From a virus (taxonomy: Duplodnaviria > Caudoviricetes), in the IMG/VR virus record IMGVR_UViG_2710264778_000001, positions 96,001 to 160,000 of that record: DNA of 64,000 bases, one strand, 5' to 3'. The notes under the pieces were generated by a model, which was given only the letters and a program-made list of their open reading frames with translations, did not search any database and was not told the DNA's origin. Shown here in pieces: positions 1 through 10,695 of this stretch. Position 1 is the first letter of the stretch; every line of letters starts with the position of its first letter. A program made the position numbers and the translations under genes.

Positions 1-2
1 CC

Positions 3-968
3 TCATGTGATAGTTTAATTGGAAAAGTTTATTATACATATTTACCAAAAGAAAAATATAAAGAAAAGTCAATATATAATAAACATTTATTATATTCTAT
101 CAGAAAATATGGATTTGATGCATTTAAAGTAATAGAAATATTTGATATTGCTTTTTCTAAGAAAGAATTAGATATAAAAGAAGACATTTGGATTGATTAT
201 TTTGATTGCATTAATAATGGTTATAACAATATGGGAGGAGGTTCAAATGGAAAATTATCTAAGAAAAGTAGATTAAAATTAAGTAAAACTTGGAAAGAAA
301 AATATAAAAATGGATATATACCTCACAACTTAGGCAATAAACATACTGATGATTGGAAAGAAAAGATGAGTAAAGTACATAGTGGTGAAAATAATGCAAT
401 GTTTGGAATTTCTCCACAAGAAAGAATGGATGAAAATACTTTTAATAAATGGAGAAATAATATATCAAAATCCGTAACTAGAGGTAAAAATCCATTTGCT
501 TCAAAAGTAGTTTGTTTAGAAACTAAAAAAGTATATGAGTGTGTAAAAGACGCAGAAGAAGAAAATAATATTACTGGAATTTCTGCTGTATGTAGAAAAA
601 TAAGATATAGTTGTGGTGGAATGCATTGGGCTTATTATGAAGAGTATTTGAATATGACAAAAGAAGACATAGAGCAAATATATATAAAAGAAAAAGAAAG
701 TAAAATTAGTAAGAACACTAAGTCTTTAATCTGCACAACTACCAACAAATTATTTAAATCAATAAAAGAGGCAAGAGCTTTTTATAATTGTGATAGTCAT
801 ATATGTGATTGTTGTAATAATAAAAGAAAATATTGTGGTAGGTTAGAGGATGGAACAAAACTTGAGTGGAAGTACATATCAGATTTAACTCCAGAAGAAT
901 ACATAAAATATGATATAGAAAATAAATTAAATGAATTACATAATCACAAATTAGTACAAGCCAGTTAA
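3..968 (+). CDS. Free-standing GIY-YIG homing endonuclease with NUMOD-type repeats (5' end outside the window)
   Basis: Frame is open from base 3: HLLYSIRKYGFDAFKVIEIFDIAFSKKELDIKEDIWIDYFDCINNGYN. This resembles the intron ORF at 36968 (HLYNSILKYGFESFEIVKIFDIAFSQDELNIKE..GYN). NUMOD3-like HSGENNAMFG and repeated VVCLET/LICTTT units follow. No intron core lies between it and the next gene. Confidence 0.8.
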   Translation, partial: SCDSLIGKVYYTYLPKEKYKEKSIYNKHLLYSIRKYGFDAFKVIEIFDIAFSKKELDIKEDIWIDYFDCINNGYNNMGGGSNGKLSKKSRLKLSKTWKEKYKNGYIPHNLGNKHTDDWKEKMSKVHSGENNAMFGISPQERMDENTFNKWRNNISKSVTRGKNPFASKVVCLETKKVYECVKDAEEENNITGISAVCRKIRYSCGGMHWAYYEEYLNMTKEDIEQIYIKEKESKISKNTKSLICTTTNKLFKSIKEARAFYNCDSHICDCCNNKRKYCGRLEDGTKLEWKYISDLTPEEYIKYDIENKLNELHNHKLVQAS

Positions 969-1019
969 TATATAAACAAAATATAAAATAAAAAATTTAA
1001 ATAAGAGGAGAGTGACAGA

Positions 1020-4000
1020 ATGTCTAAGCAATTGTATAGTCCAAGATTTATATTAAAAATTCAATCATCTAGATTAAAAGAAAATGATTGGTCATTGGAT
1101 ATAAATTTACAGGAAGCAAGAGACAAAGAAGAATTAATTCAATTGGGAGATAGTCAAATATTAAGGTTTATAAGAGAATTAACTAATATGAATTATTCAG
1201 AAAAAGAAATAGAAGAAGTTAAAGAAAAAATAAATGAACTAAAAAAAGAAAAGTCATGCAAAGCCAATAAAGAAAAAATAAAAGAACTATATAAAGATTT
1301 AGATGAAATGTTATACATAAAAGACTATGTGTCTATAGTATTTGATAAAAAAGGTGATTTCGATAGAGCAACTAATAAAAATGGATTTAAAATAAATAAT
1401 AAAAAATTCAAAAGAATAGTTGGAACTACAGGGGGAGTAAAAAACAACACAGTTAATTTTTGTAGCGAAGAAATATACGAACAATTAAATGAAAAAATGG
1501 ATTGTGGAAGAAATAAAGAAATACCTATAGTTCCTGCAAAGTTAGAAGCATATAGAGCATTAAGTGCCAGTGTTTCAACACCAGTAACACAAACTAGAAG
1601 GATTTTAGTTATAAAAGATGGAGTAACAAATATAAAAGATAAAGTAATTAAAGTTAGTGATAATGGTGATGATTATAAAGTTGAATATGGAATAGATTAT
1701 GAATCTGAAAAAGAATTTTGTGATGGTTGTGGGATGATTAGACCAACATTATCTGAGCAATGGGCAATAGATTTAGGTTTATATCACGAAGATGAACAAG
1801 GATATAAGGTTGCTAATTATATACCAAGTGGATTTAATACAAGATATGCCTTTGAAAAAGGAATGCTTTGTACATATGACTTTGAAATGTTTGGGGAAGA
1901 AATAGCTAAAAATTATATGGTTAAAGATGCATGGGGCAATGAACAGGATATAAGAAAGATAGATATTATATTTACTACAAATATGCTAAAACTTTGGAAT
2001 GCTTATGATAGCATAGAAGATTATCTAGATAATTGTGAAAAATATGGATATTTACTAAGTGTGACAAAAGTAACTCCTAAAAAGTTAGAATTAAAAAGAA
2101 ATATGAATTATCAATACTTACAAAGTTATGAGTTTTCAGATGAAGATATAAAAGAATTATGTTCAGAAACAGTAAATAATATAAATGATGTATTAGGATT
2201 AGACATAGCAAAAACAGTATTGTTTTCAAAAGGAATAGATATAACAAAAGATAATGTATCTAATGGGGGATATGATTTCATAAAAGCATTAACTATAAGT
2301 GATAAGGTATTAGAAGATTCATATGTTAAAAATAAAATATATAATATGATAAAAAAAAGAATACGAGAAGCTAAAAAAGGAGTTATACAAGTAGATGGTT
2401 GTTATTCAATAATCTGTGGAGACTTATATGCTTTATGTCAATATATGTTTGGTTTAGAAGTGACAGGATTATTAAATAAAGGAGAATTCTATAGTAAAAC
2501 ATGGACAGACAAAGGAGTTTATGAAATAGTATCATATAGAAGCCCTATGACATCACATAATAACATAAGTAAAAAGAAGTTGATAAGTAATGAATTAACT
2601 GATAAATGGTTTAAATACATAAAGACAATGACAATATTTAATGCTTGGGATACAACTTGCGATTCAATGAATGGTGCTGATTAACAAAATGGTCGTCTAT
2701 TATGGAAACATAGTGGAGTATTACACCTTAAACTGCTCAAATTCCCTAAAGATTTATACACTACAACGTAGATAGTGATATCAAGCGTGAATGTAGCGAA
2801 AGCAGAAAAAAGTATAAATATATCCTATGCTGAAATAAAAGCCTTATATAAGGTGCTAAGGGTGTTGTAATGGGTAATGTAGCATGGATGTTATCTCAAT
2901 GAGATAATCCTTCAACGACTATAAAGGTGTACCTTAACAGATAATGCTGATGGTAAAGGAATAGTCTACTCCCCTGATAAATATCGGGAAACCGAGGGTA
3001 TAAAGGTTTGATAGTGATGCAGAAATAGAAACTAATAATAAAATAATATTAAAAACAACAAAAAAAGAATTACCAATAATTTGTGAACAGAAATCTACTC
3101 CAAAAGTAAAAGTCACAGAAAATAAATTAAGATTATCAAATAAAAATGGATTTGGAAATGCAGTAGGATCAATAACCAATAGAGTAACTACAATGTTTGA
3201 TGTATTGGCTTCATTAGAAAAAGATTCAAAAGAATATAAAGAATTAAATAGAAGAATAATATGTGGCCAAGCACTACAACAGGAAGAAATTGATAAAATT
3301 AAAGGAATTCAAGCGAAACAAATGCCTAAAACATGGTATGATTACAAAATTAATAAAATACTAGAAGATGATTCAGAAGATATAAAGAGACAAAAAGAAT
3401 TCAATTTAAAATTAGTAGTAAATAAAAAGCCATATTTCTTTATATATAATTATAAAAATATTCAAAGTAAATACAATGTATTTATGAAGAATGTTGAGAA
3501 TAATTGTATAATAAGATTTGGGTTAAGTTTAAATGAGTTAAAAAACAAACCAAATAAGAATGAAGATGAAATAAACTTTCTAAAATCAGTTAAATATAGA
3601 AGTCCAGTTTTTGAAAATCCTAGTGCTATGAATAAAATATGTTGGTATATAGAAGACGTATTTAGAAATATTAAATTAAAAACTAATAAAGATGAAAAGG
3701 GATTTGATAAAAGTATATATATGACAACCTCTAAAAAATATGAAGGTAAAAAAGAAGAAATTAAAGAATTGTTTAATGAATATAAAAGCATACAATCACA
3801 ATATATGGTTGAAAAAGGAAAAACAGTAGATAAAGAAGAAAAGAAAAACAAGAGAGAAGAGTTTGTAAATAACTTTAAACAAAAAGCTATAGAGATATAT
3901 TCTAACAGTGAAGATTTATGTAATGCCATAGTTTATACTTTATATGACATAAAAGCCAATAGACAGTTTGTATGGGATATATGTGGAGAACAAATGATAA

Positions 4001-4110
4001 TTAATTTATTAAGCAATAATGGTAACAAATATAAATATCCTATTAAATGTAAGCATGGAGATATAGAGTGGCAAGGATTAAGGTTTAAAATGGAGGAATG
4101 TGAATGTTAG
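1020..4110 (+). CDS. YonO-type single-subunit phage RNA polymerase; exons 1020-2681 and 3007-4110 (~921 aa spliced)
   Basis: Motifs FCDGCGMI, TRYAFEKGML, NYQYLQS, YRSP, GSITN, EIDKIKG and KKPYFF. Splicing restores NGAD/FDSD, a DxDGD-type motif. Exon 2 is in frame with ORF 3193-4110. It lies upstream of HU as in SPbeta. Confidence 0.88.
2682..3006 (+). mobile_element. ORF-less group I intron (325 nt) in the RNA polymerase gene
   Basis: The 5' exon ends in U (GAT). P1 GATTA/TGGTC includes the U-G pair; P3 is TACACCTT/AAGGTGTA. R-like CAACGACTA at 2913, S-like ATAGTCT at 2961, terminal G at 3006. Removal restores the frame and the motif. Confidence 0.9.
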
Positions 4111-4871
4111 GATTAATAGTAAATGAAAAAATAATATGTGAAAAGGCTTTAGCTGATAAATACATAGAAGGAAAACCGATGAAGATAATTAGATTAATAA
4201 TTAAGAAATATTTAAATGAAAAACTTACAAAAGAACAAGTATTTGAAAAAGTAGATAACTTTATGAAAGAAATATATAAGGATAAATATAATAAATCATA
4301 TTGGAAGAAAGTAATCTCAGATTCAATAAATACAGTATCAAAATATAATAATTATAATCTAATTAATATTGAAAAAATAGATATATATAAAGAGGAATTA
4401 GATATAATTGAATCTTTAAATGATATTAGATTAGAAAAGTTAGCTTTTGTATTACTTATATATGCTAAAATAAATAAAATAATAAATCCAACGAGTGATG
4501 GAAGAATAAATATAAATTTAGCTTATATATTTAAAGAGAGTAAATTGGTTTCTGATAAAAAGTTATTACATAAATTAGTAGATATTCAATACATATTAAC
4601 TAGTAAAATTTGTGACTCAACAACAATGAAAATAAATTATATTAATGAAGAAGGAGAAGTTAGATTGACGGTATTCAATCTAAATGACTTAAATCCAATT
4701 ACATATTATTTAGAATATAAATTAAATGAAACATATAATAATTGTGAGATATGCGCAAGCAGATTTAAACAAAAATCTAAGAAACCACGAAAGTATTGTA
4801 ATAAATGTGCAAAAGAAATAGATAAAGAAAAAGCAAAGGAAAGAATGAAAAATATAAGGAATTTTCAATAA
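4104..4871 (+). CDS. Phage protein with C-terminal zinc finger, translationally coupled to the RNAP gene
   Basis: Overlaps the RNAP stop; GGAGG RBS; CEIC...CNKC near the C-terminus. Confidence 0.6.
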   Translation: MLGLIVNEKIICEKALADKYIEGKPMKIIRLIIKKYLNEKLTKEQVFEKVDNFMKEIYKDKYNKSYWKKVISDSINTVSKYNNYNLINIEKIDIYKEELDIIESLNDIRLEKLAFVLLIYAKINKIINPTSDGRININLAYIFKESKLVSDKKLLHKLVDIQYILTSKICDSTTMKINYINEEGEVRLTVFNLNDLNPITYYLEYKLNETYNNCEICASRFKQKSKKPRKYCNKCAKEIDKEKAKERMKNIRNFQ

Positions 4872-5513
4872 TGTTCGATTTAATAATATATATGAAACAC
4901 GCATGGTTATCACATTTAAAAGCATTTCTTATTTAAATGTGAACGTGGTAATTATGGTAGAGAATAAGTATCTGTTTCTATTTTCTACGAAAGGAGTTGT
5001 ATTGATATTAAAGTACAATCCAGTAGGGTAGATTATGTCTAACATATTTACCCTACATAAAAAATAAAAACAAATTATAACAAACTACTTAAAAATACAG
5101 ATAGTATTACTCAATTATGAGTTTATTATACCAACCACTCTGAGGAGTGGTACAAACTTTTCATTTTTAATTCATTTTTTTCATAAATCCTTTTATTTAT
5201 ATTTTTAACTTTTCTCTCCTTGGTAGGCGTAGCTATTCAGAGCAACACGCCTACTTTAAGGAGAAGAAAATAGAAATGAATTAAAACAAAATATAATTAA
5301 GTTAAAATTACTGTTTTATCAGTACTTTAGATAATAATTGTAAACGTGTATGAGGTGGTTATGTGAGAGTTCCATCCATATTGTATATATTTTTCTATGT
5401 GCTTAAGTATATTGTGAGAGATTACTTAAGCTTTTTTATTTAGATTAATTCGGATAATTCCGTTTTAAAATACAACCGTGGCTAGGTGAAAAGGCTATTT
5501 AGGAGGAATAATA

Positions 5514-6167
5514 ATGAAATGTAAAAAATGTGGATATGAAAGATCAGAACAATATTTTTATAAAGGATTTACTGAGTGCAGAGATTGTATACAAGATTAT
5601 TTAAACAGTCAACCACTTGAAAAAGCTTTTATAACTACAAAAGAATTATTAGAAAAAGCTAATTATATTGTGAATGAACAATTGTTAGTAAACATATTTT
5701 TTGGAGAATTAGAACAATATAGAGGTTTAAAAACTGGAAATATGTTAGGTGAATATCTTAAAAGAGTAAATACAATGCCTCAATTTGAAAAATATAGATA
5801 TAATCAAAAAGTAATCAATGAAGAAAAGTCGGATATTGATTTTCTAGATGACGATATTATGAGAATAAAAAAGAATATGAAACAATCTACTTTTCAAAAT
5901 GACGCAAATGCCCATGGAAAATGGATGAATTCATTGAGAGATGCTTTGGAATTAAAAGAAAAATTACTTTTAAAAGAGAATAAGGTATCAATTAGCAACT
6001 TAAATGATTTAAAAGTTGATTATGGAGTATTTGAAGGGAAAGATATAAATGGTGAAACAGTTGGTATTATACCAATATTTATAAATAGTCATTACATAAG
6101 AAGTGCATATATAAAATATGTTGATGGTAAATATGAAATGACTGAATATATCACAGATAAATTATAA
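5514..6167 (+). CDS. Zinc-finger protein; N-terminus resembles that of the putative small terminase (13266)
   Basis: AGGAGG RBS; CKKC-x8-FYK..CRDC. Confidence 0.55.
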   Translation: MKCKKCGYERSEQYFYKGFTECRDCIQDYLNSQPLEKAFITTKELLEKANYIVNEQLLVNIFFGELEQYRGLKTGNMLGEYLKRVNTMPQFEKYRYNQKVINEEKSDIDFLDDDIMRIKKNMKQSTFQNDANAHGKWMNSLRDALELKEKLLLKENKVSISNLNDLKVDYGVFEGKDINGETVGIIPIFINSHYIRSAYIKYVDGKYEMTEYITDKL

Positions 6168-6297
6168 TTAAGTTATTAAAATATCGATTTTAAGCCCTCA
6201 ATGGGGTTTTAAATAAATTTTCAAAAAACCTTTAAATAGGCAAAATTAAAATAAAATATAAAGCAATATTAGAAGAGAGAAAGAGGAGATTAAAATT

Positions 6298-6579
6298 ATG
6301 AACAAAGCAGAATTAGTAAAGGCATTTGCAGAAAAAATAGGAGTTTCAGTAAAAGAAGCAGGAGAAAAATTACAAGTATTGAATGATTTAATTTTTGATG
6401 CATTAAAAGAAGGTAAAGATGTAACTTTACTTGATTTAGGAAAGATTAAAATTGTTGAGACTGCTGAAAGAGAAGGTTTAAAGAAACCGGGACATCCAGA
6501 AGAAGGTAAGAAATTATATCCAGCATCAAAGAAAGCTAAGTATTCAGCAAGTAAATCAGTTAAAGAAGCAGTTAAGTAA
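6298..6579 (+). CDS. HU-family histone-like DNA-binding protein (YonN-like position)
   Basis: MNKAELV..AEK, LKEGKDVTL..LGK, EREG..P, PASKKAKY.ASK.VKEAVK. Confidence 0.9.
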   Translation: MNKAELVKAFAEKIGVSVKEAGEKLQVLNDLIFDALKEGKDVTLLDLGKIKIVETAEREGLKKPGHPEEGKKLYPASKKAKYSASKSVKEAVK

Positions 6580-6702
6580 TTAAATAAAATGAATATAACA
6601 AAGGAGATTTAATTGAGTTTTGCTTATATTAAATCTCTCTTTGCCTATTATTCACTTTACCGAAAGGTATAAAATATAATAGAAAAGATGGGAGATTTGC
6701 TT

Positions 6703-8154
6703 ATGAGCAAAAAGAAGAGAAGTGAAGAACATGATTTTAGAATTACGCCATATCATGTAAATAATTCAGTCACAGGTTCAAGTGTGCTTTGTGAAGTAGA
6801 TGGATTAAAAATATTACTTGATTTAGGAATGTTCCAATCACAAACGCATAAATTAGAAGACATATACAAGATTAATCATAAGAAACTACAAATACCTTTT
6901 GATAAATTAGATTACATAATATTATCTAGTGGGCATGCAGACCATTGTTGTGGGTTAGGTGCTATAGGAAGAAGAGACGTAGAATTCAATGGTAGAGTTA
7001 TGGCTACTGAATTATCAGCAGAATTGATAGGATTAAATGTAAGAGATTCAGCACATCTAATGAGAGGTGAATGTGAGGCTTATAATAAAAGTCATAATGC
7101 TAATTTAATACCTTTATATAATGAAAGTGATGCAGAAAATGCTTTAACTTGTATACAGGGGTATGGACATAATGAAAAAATAAAACTAAATGATAATGTA
7201 TATTTTGAATTTTTACCAAATGGTCATCTTAGTGGAGATGGAAGTATTTATATTACATATCAAAAAGATGAATATACAAAGAAAAGATTATTATATACTG
7301 GAGATCATAACTTTGGTAGAGAAAAACCTTTCACAAAGAAGTGGGTAGAAAAATGTTTAAAAGCGGATTGTATAATTAGCGAATCAACTTACTCTGGAAA
7401 AGGTCATTTGAAACAAGATAATTTTAAAGTATTAGAAGATGCTATTTTAGACGTTTGTATAAATAAAAAGGAAATTTTGTTTATACCTACTTTTGCTATA
7501 CATAGACAAACCGAAGTTGAATATATGTTAAAGAAAATATTTGACAAAAATAAAATATTACGAAATTCAAATATTCCAATATATTCAGCAGGAGTTATGA
7601 GTGCTAAAGCTCATAGAATATTAGGTAATCCAAAATATAAATGTTTTTATGACGAAAAGTGGCAAGAATTAGATGATGTTTTTGATTGGGATAGAGTTGA
7701 ACACGTTGAAAGATTTAAAGATGTATCTGAAAAGTTAATAGATAATAAAGTAAAGATTATCTGTGCAAGTTCAGGTATGCTTACAGGTGGTTATGGAAGT
7801 TATTTAGCAAGTTGTTTTGTTAATAGAAAGAATGTACATTTCTTATTTAGTGGATATCAAGCAATAGGTAGTGTTGGAGATAAAATAATGAGTCAAGAAC
7901 ACAAAACAGTATCAATACAAGGAAAAGCATATATAATAAAAGCTAATTCATTAGGAAAACTTGATTTAAGTGGACATGCTGGAAATGATGAATTAATAGG
8001 TTTGATAAAATCTGTAAATCAAAAAGTATTAAAGAAAGTTATTTTGATTCATGGAGATGATGATAGAAAAGAATTACTAAAAGATCAATTAGAAAAAGTA
8101 TTAAATGATAAAGAAATTATTATCCCTAAAATGGGAGAAGTAATTAAATTTTAA
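6703..8154 (+). CDS. Metallo-beta-lactamase/beta-CASP nuclease (probable RNase)
   Basis: VTGS, LLDLG, SGHADH, NGHL.G, YTGD, ESTY, PTFA..R, SSGML.GG, GYQA, SGHA and IHGD motifs. Confidence 0.88.
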   Translation: MSKKKRSEEHDFRITPYHVNNSVTGSSVLCEVDGLKILLDLGMFQSQTHKLEDIYKINHKKLQIPFDKLDYIILSSGHADHCCGLGAIGRRDVEFNGRVMATELSAELIGLNVRDSAHLMRGECEAYNKSHNANLIPLYNESDAENALTCIQGYGHNEKIKLNDNVYFEFLPNGHLSGDGSIYITYQKDEYTKKRLLYTGDHNFGREKPFTKKWVEKCLKADCIISESTYSGKGHLKQDNFKVLEDAILDVCINKKEILFIPTFAIHRQTEVEYMLKKIFDKNKILRNSNIPIYSAGVMSAKAHRILGNPKYKCFYDEKWQELDDVFDWDRVEHVERFKDVSEKLIDNKVKIICASSGMLTGGYGSYLASCFVNRKNVHFLFSGYQAIGSVGDKIMSQEHKTVSIQGKAYIIKANSLGKLDLSGHAGNDELIGLIKSVNQKVLKKVILIHGDDDRKELLKDQLEKVLNDKEIIIPKMGEVIKF

Positions 8155-8194
8155 AATGAAATAAAATATAATTAAGTTTAAGGAGAGATTTTAA

Positions 8195-8410
8195 ATGGCA
8201 AAGAAAATGATTAATGAAAAGATTATAACTGATCACAAATTTAGTGCAGAAGGCACTCTATCAATAGATAACCTTCCAGAAGGTGTATTTATGATGGAAG
8301 TAGAAGAAATTGGGGAAGTTGATTTAAAGAAATATTTAGATAAGTTTAATTCTGCTTATATTAAGTTGTCAATTTCAGATAAGGTTGAATCTGAACCAGA
8401 AGAGGAATAG
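8195..8410 (+). CDS. YonK-like small protein
   Basis: Pattern MAK...F..EG.L...E.....DL...L.KFN...I.LSI with an acidic tail; SPbeta-like position. Confidence 0.6.
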   Translation: MAKKMINEKIITDHKFSAEGTLSIDNLPEGVFMMEVEEIGEVDLKKYLDKFNSAYIKLSISDKVESEPEEE

Positions 8411-8421
8411 AAGGTGTAAAT

Positions 8422-8637
8422 ATGAGTAAAGACAAACCTAAATTAGTAGAAGGTACTTTAAGTCTAGATGATATAGTGTACAGTTTACCTGATAATTGTG
8501 ATACAGAAGTAGTCTTAAAGATTCAAAAGAAAGAAAATCATTATGGAATTTCAAGTTTTAGAATCAAAATTGAAGAAAGTAAATTAATTAATAAGGTTAA
8601 AGTATTTGACAAAGATGAAAATGAAGTGAAAATATAA
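8422..8637 (+). CDS. Hypothetical protein
   Basis: 71-aa ORF with GAAGGTG RBS. Confidence 0.6.
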   Translation: MSKDKPKLVEGTLSLDDIVYSLPDNCDTEVVLKIQKKENHYGISSFRIKIEESKLINKVKVFDKDENEVKI

Positions 8638-8642
8638 CTAAG

Positions 8643-9040
8643 TAGCAGATACCTTTAGCAAGGATTTGACTTAAAACAACTAATTTGTAAATTTCTATAT
8701 GTTATATAGAGATAGTTTTACTAATATAGTGTTGAGAATGATACATTTGACATTCAAAATACACAAGGAGTTGACATAGGTTATCTTCTTGAAAGTGGAT
8801 GGATATCCCTTAAAACCTACTACCAGAGAGAACCAGTCAAGCCTATGATTTTATATTTAGTTTATATACTGAATATAATTATGCTAAAATAGACTCCAAT
8901 TATTTATAATGACGAAGTACAAGTTATTATAATAGCATACGGGCTAGTGGGTCACCATATGGGTATGTATAAAATGGAATTGCGGTATATATCTTTGGAG
9001 TATACCTAAGAGGGTTAGATGCGTCTAGCTCTCTCTTTTA
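8643..9040 (+). ncRNA. Candidate structured non-coding RNA
   Basis: No listed ORF; nested stems (GGAGT/ACTCC, CATAGG/CCTATG). It is preceded by the recurrent 17-mer and closed by a terminator-like hairpin at 9009-9039. Confidence 0.4.
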
Positions 9041-9174
9041 AATATATAATAAAGCTCATCTCGTTGTGATAACGATGTGGGTTTTTAGTGTATTTAAGTA
9101 TAATATTACATTATAATTGTAAATTAGTTAGATGTAAATATCAATATAAGATAAAAAAGAAAAGGATGAGAATT

Positions 9175-9393
9175 ATGTTAAAAGATGATGGTAGAGTAAG
9201 TAATAAAGATAAGAAGAAAGTACATAGAAAATATAGACCAATAAAATGTGAAGCCGATAATTGTAATGAGTCAATTGATATTGATTTATGTATTTTTAAT
9301 GAAGACTTCGATTATTGTGATAATACTAAAAGTTCGATATATGTGTATTGTCCAGTATGTGGGTTACAACATAAAGTTAAATTAAACAAATAA
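9175..9393 (+). CDS. Small zinc-ribbon protein
   Basis: CEADNC and CPVCG; AAGGA upstream of ATG 9175. Confidence 0.6.
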   Translation: MLKDDGRVSNKDKKKVHRKYRPIKCEADNCNESIDIDLCIFNEDFDYCDNTKSSIYVYCPVCGLQHKVKLNK

Positions 9394-9423
9394 ATTATAT
9401 AATAAATAAAGGGAGAGTTTATT

Positions 9424-10635
9424 ATGGATGAATTGAAAATGAAAGAAGGAGAAAGTAAATTAGCTTATTTTAAAAGAATTACTGATAATAAAAATGAATA
9501 TGATTTAGATTATGCTGAATGGGGAGAGCTTTTAGTAGGTGAAAGAAAATATTCAAGTGAAAATTGCAGAAAAGCATTCTACATATTTAAAAAATTCTTT
9601 GAGCAGTTAAATATTGAAGAAATAGAAAAGCTTCCTAAAAATAAAATGGAAGAAGTTATTGAATTGATTGGTGAACTTGATGTAAAAAAGATGGAAATTA
9701 AAAATAAAACAAATCAACTCAATAGTATAAAAAGAAAATTTGTAAAAACAATTGAAATATCTAACGATATAAAAGATTGTTTATTAGAGAATATAGATGA
9801 ATTTCCTAAGTTTGAATATGAACCTATAATAGACCTTTCAAATAATAAATTGATTGTGCAAGTATCAGACTGGCATGTTGGTTATATTATAGAGGGGTAT
9901 AAAGGAAATTATTATAACTATGAAATTGCTAAGAAAAGATTAAATAAATTATTAATGGAGATAGATAAGACTTGTAATTTATATAATATTAACTCAGTAA
10001 TTGTTGTGAATTGTGGTGACGCAATTGAAAATTTATATATGAGACAAAATCAAAGTTATGAGTGTGAGTTTGATTTATCTCATCAGATTACATATGCTTC
10101 AAAGTTATTGTTTAGTTTTATAACTGATATATCATCAAGAAATAGAAATGTTGAAGTATATTCTGTAGGTGGTAATCACTCAAGATTAAGTTCAAAGGAT
10201 GCCAATGTTGAAGGTGATAATGCAAATGTAATAATTAATGAAAATTTAAAAACATTTGTTGAGTTATCAGATAATAAAAGAGTACATATAAACGATATAG
10301 ACTATAAAGATGATAGTGCTAGTTTTGAAGTTAATGGTATGAATGTAAAAGTAATTCATGGAGATAATAGAGTTTCTGATAAGAAAAAATTATTTGATTC
10401 TGAATCTACTATGGATGAAACTGAATACAAACTTGTATTAAGAGGACATGATCACAATTTCAATATACAGTCACAAAATAATGGTGGTTATGTAGTGACG
10501 TCTGGAAGCTTATTTGGATATAACCCTTATTCTGTAAAGAAAATGAGTTGTACAACTAACGCAAGTCAAACATTAATTGTAATTAATGAAAATGATATTG
10601 AATGTATCAAAGATATTAATTTACAAATAGTATAA
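9424..10635 (+). CDS. Calcineurin-like metallophosphoesterase (YonJ-like)
   Basis: SDWHVG, CGD, GGNH, HGD and GHDH motifs after an N-terminal coiled coil. Confidence 0.85.
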   Translation: MDELKMKEGESKLAYFKRITDNKNEYDLDYAEWGELLVGERKYSSENCRKAFYIFKKFFEQLNIEEIEKLPKNKMEEVIELIGELDVKKMEIKNKTNQLNSIKRKFVKTIEISNDIKDCLLENIDEFPKFEYEPIIDLSNNKLIVQVSDWHVGYIIEGYKGNYYNYEIAKKRLNKLLMEIDKTCNLYNINSVIVVNCGDAIENLYMRQNQSYECEFDLSHQITYASKLLFSFITDISSRNRNVEVYSVGGNHSRLSSKDANVEGDNANVIINENLKTFVELSDNKRVHINDIDYKDDSASFEVNGMNVKVIHGDNRVSDKKKLFDSESTMDETEYKLVLRGHDHNFNIQSQNNGGYVVTSGSLFGYNPYSVKKMSCTTNASQTLIVINENDIECIKDINLQIV

Positions 10636-10695
10636 ACAAAATATAAATAAGTAAATGAAAGGATTATATGAAAGCATATAATTAAGGTGATTGAT

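Noticed and set aside
1020-4110. RNAP as a pseudogene or two genes; minus-strand ORFs 2934-3179 and 3462-3929
   Set aside because: The gap is a recognisable group I intron. The minus-strand ORFs are shadows of exon 2.
4925-9090. tRNA, tmRNA or RNase P genes in the intergenic gaps
   Set aside because: No cloverleaf, T-loop or other hallmark was recognised by eye. A covariance-model scan is still needed.
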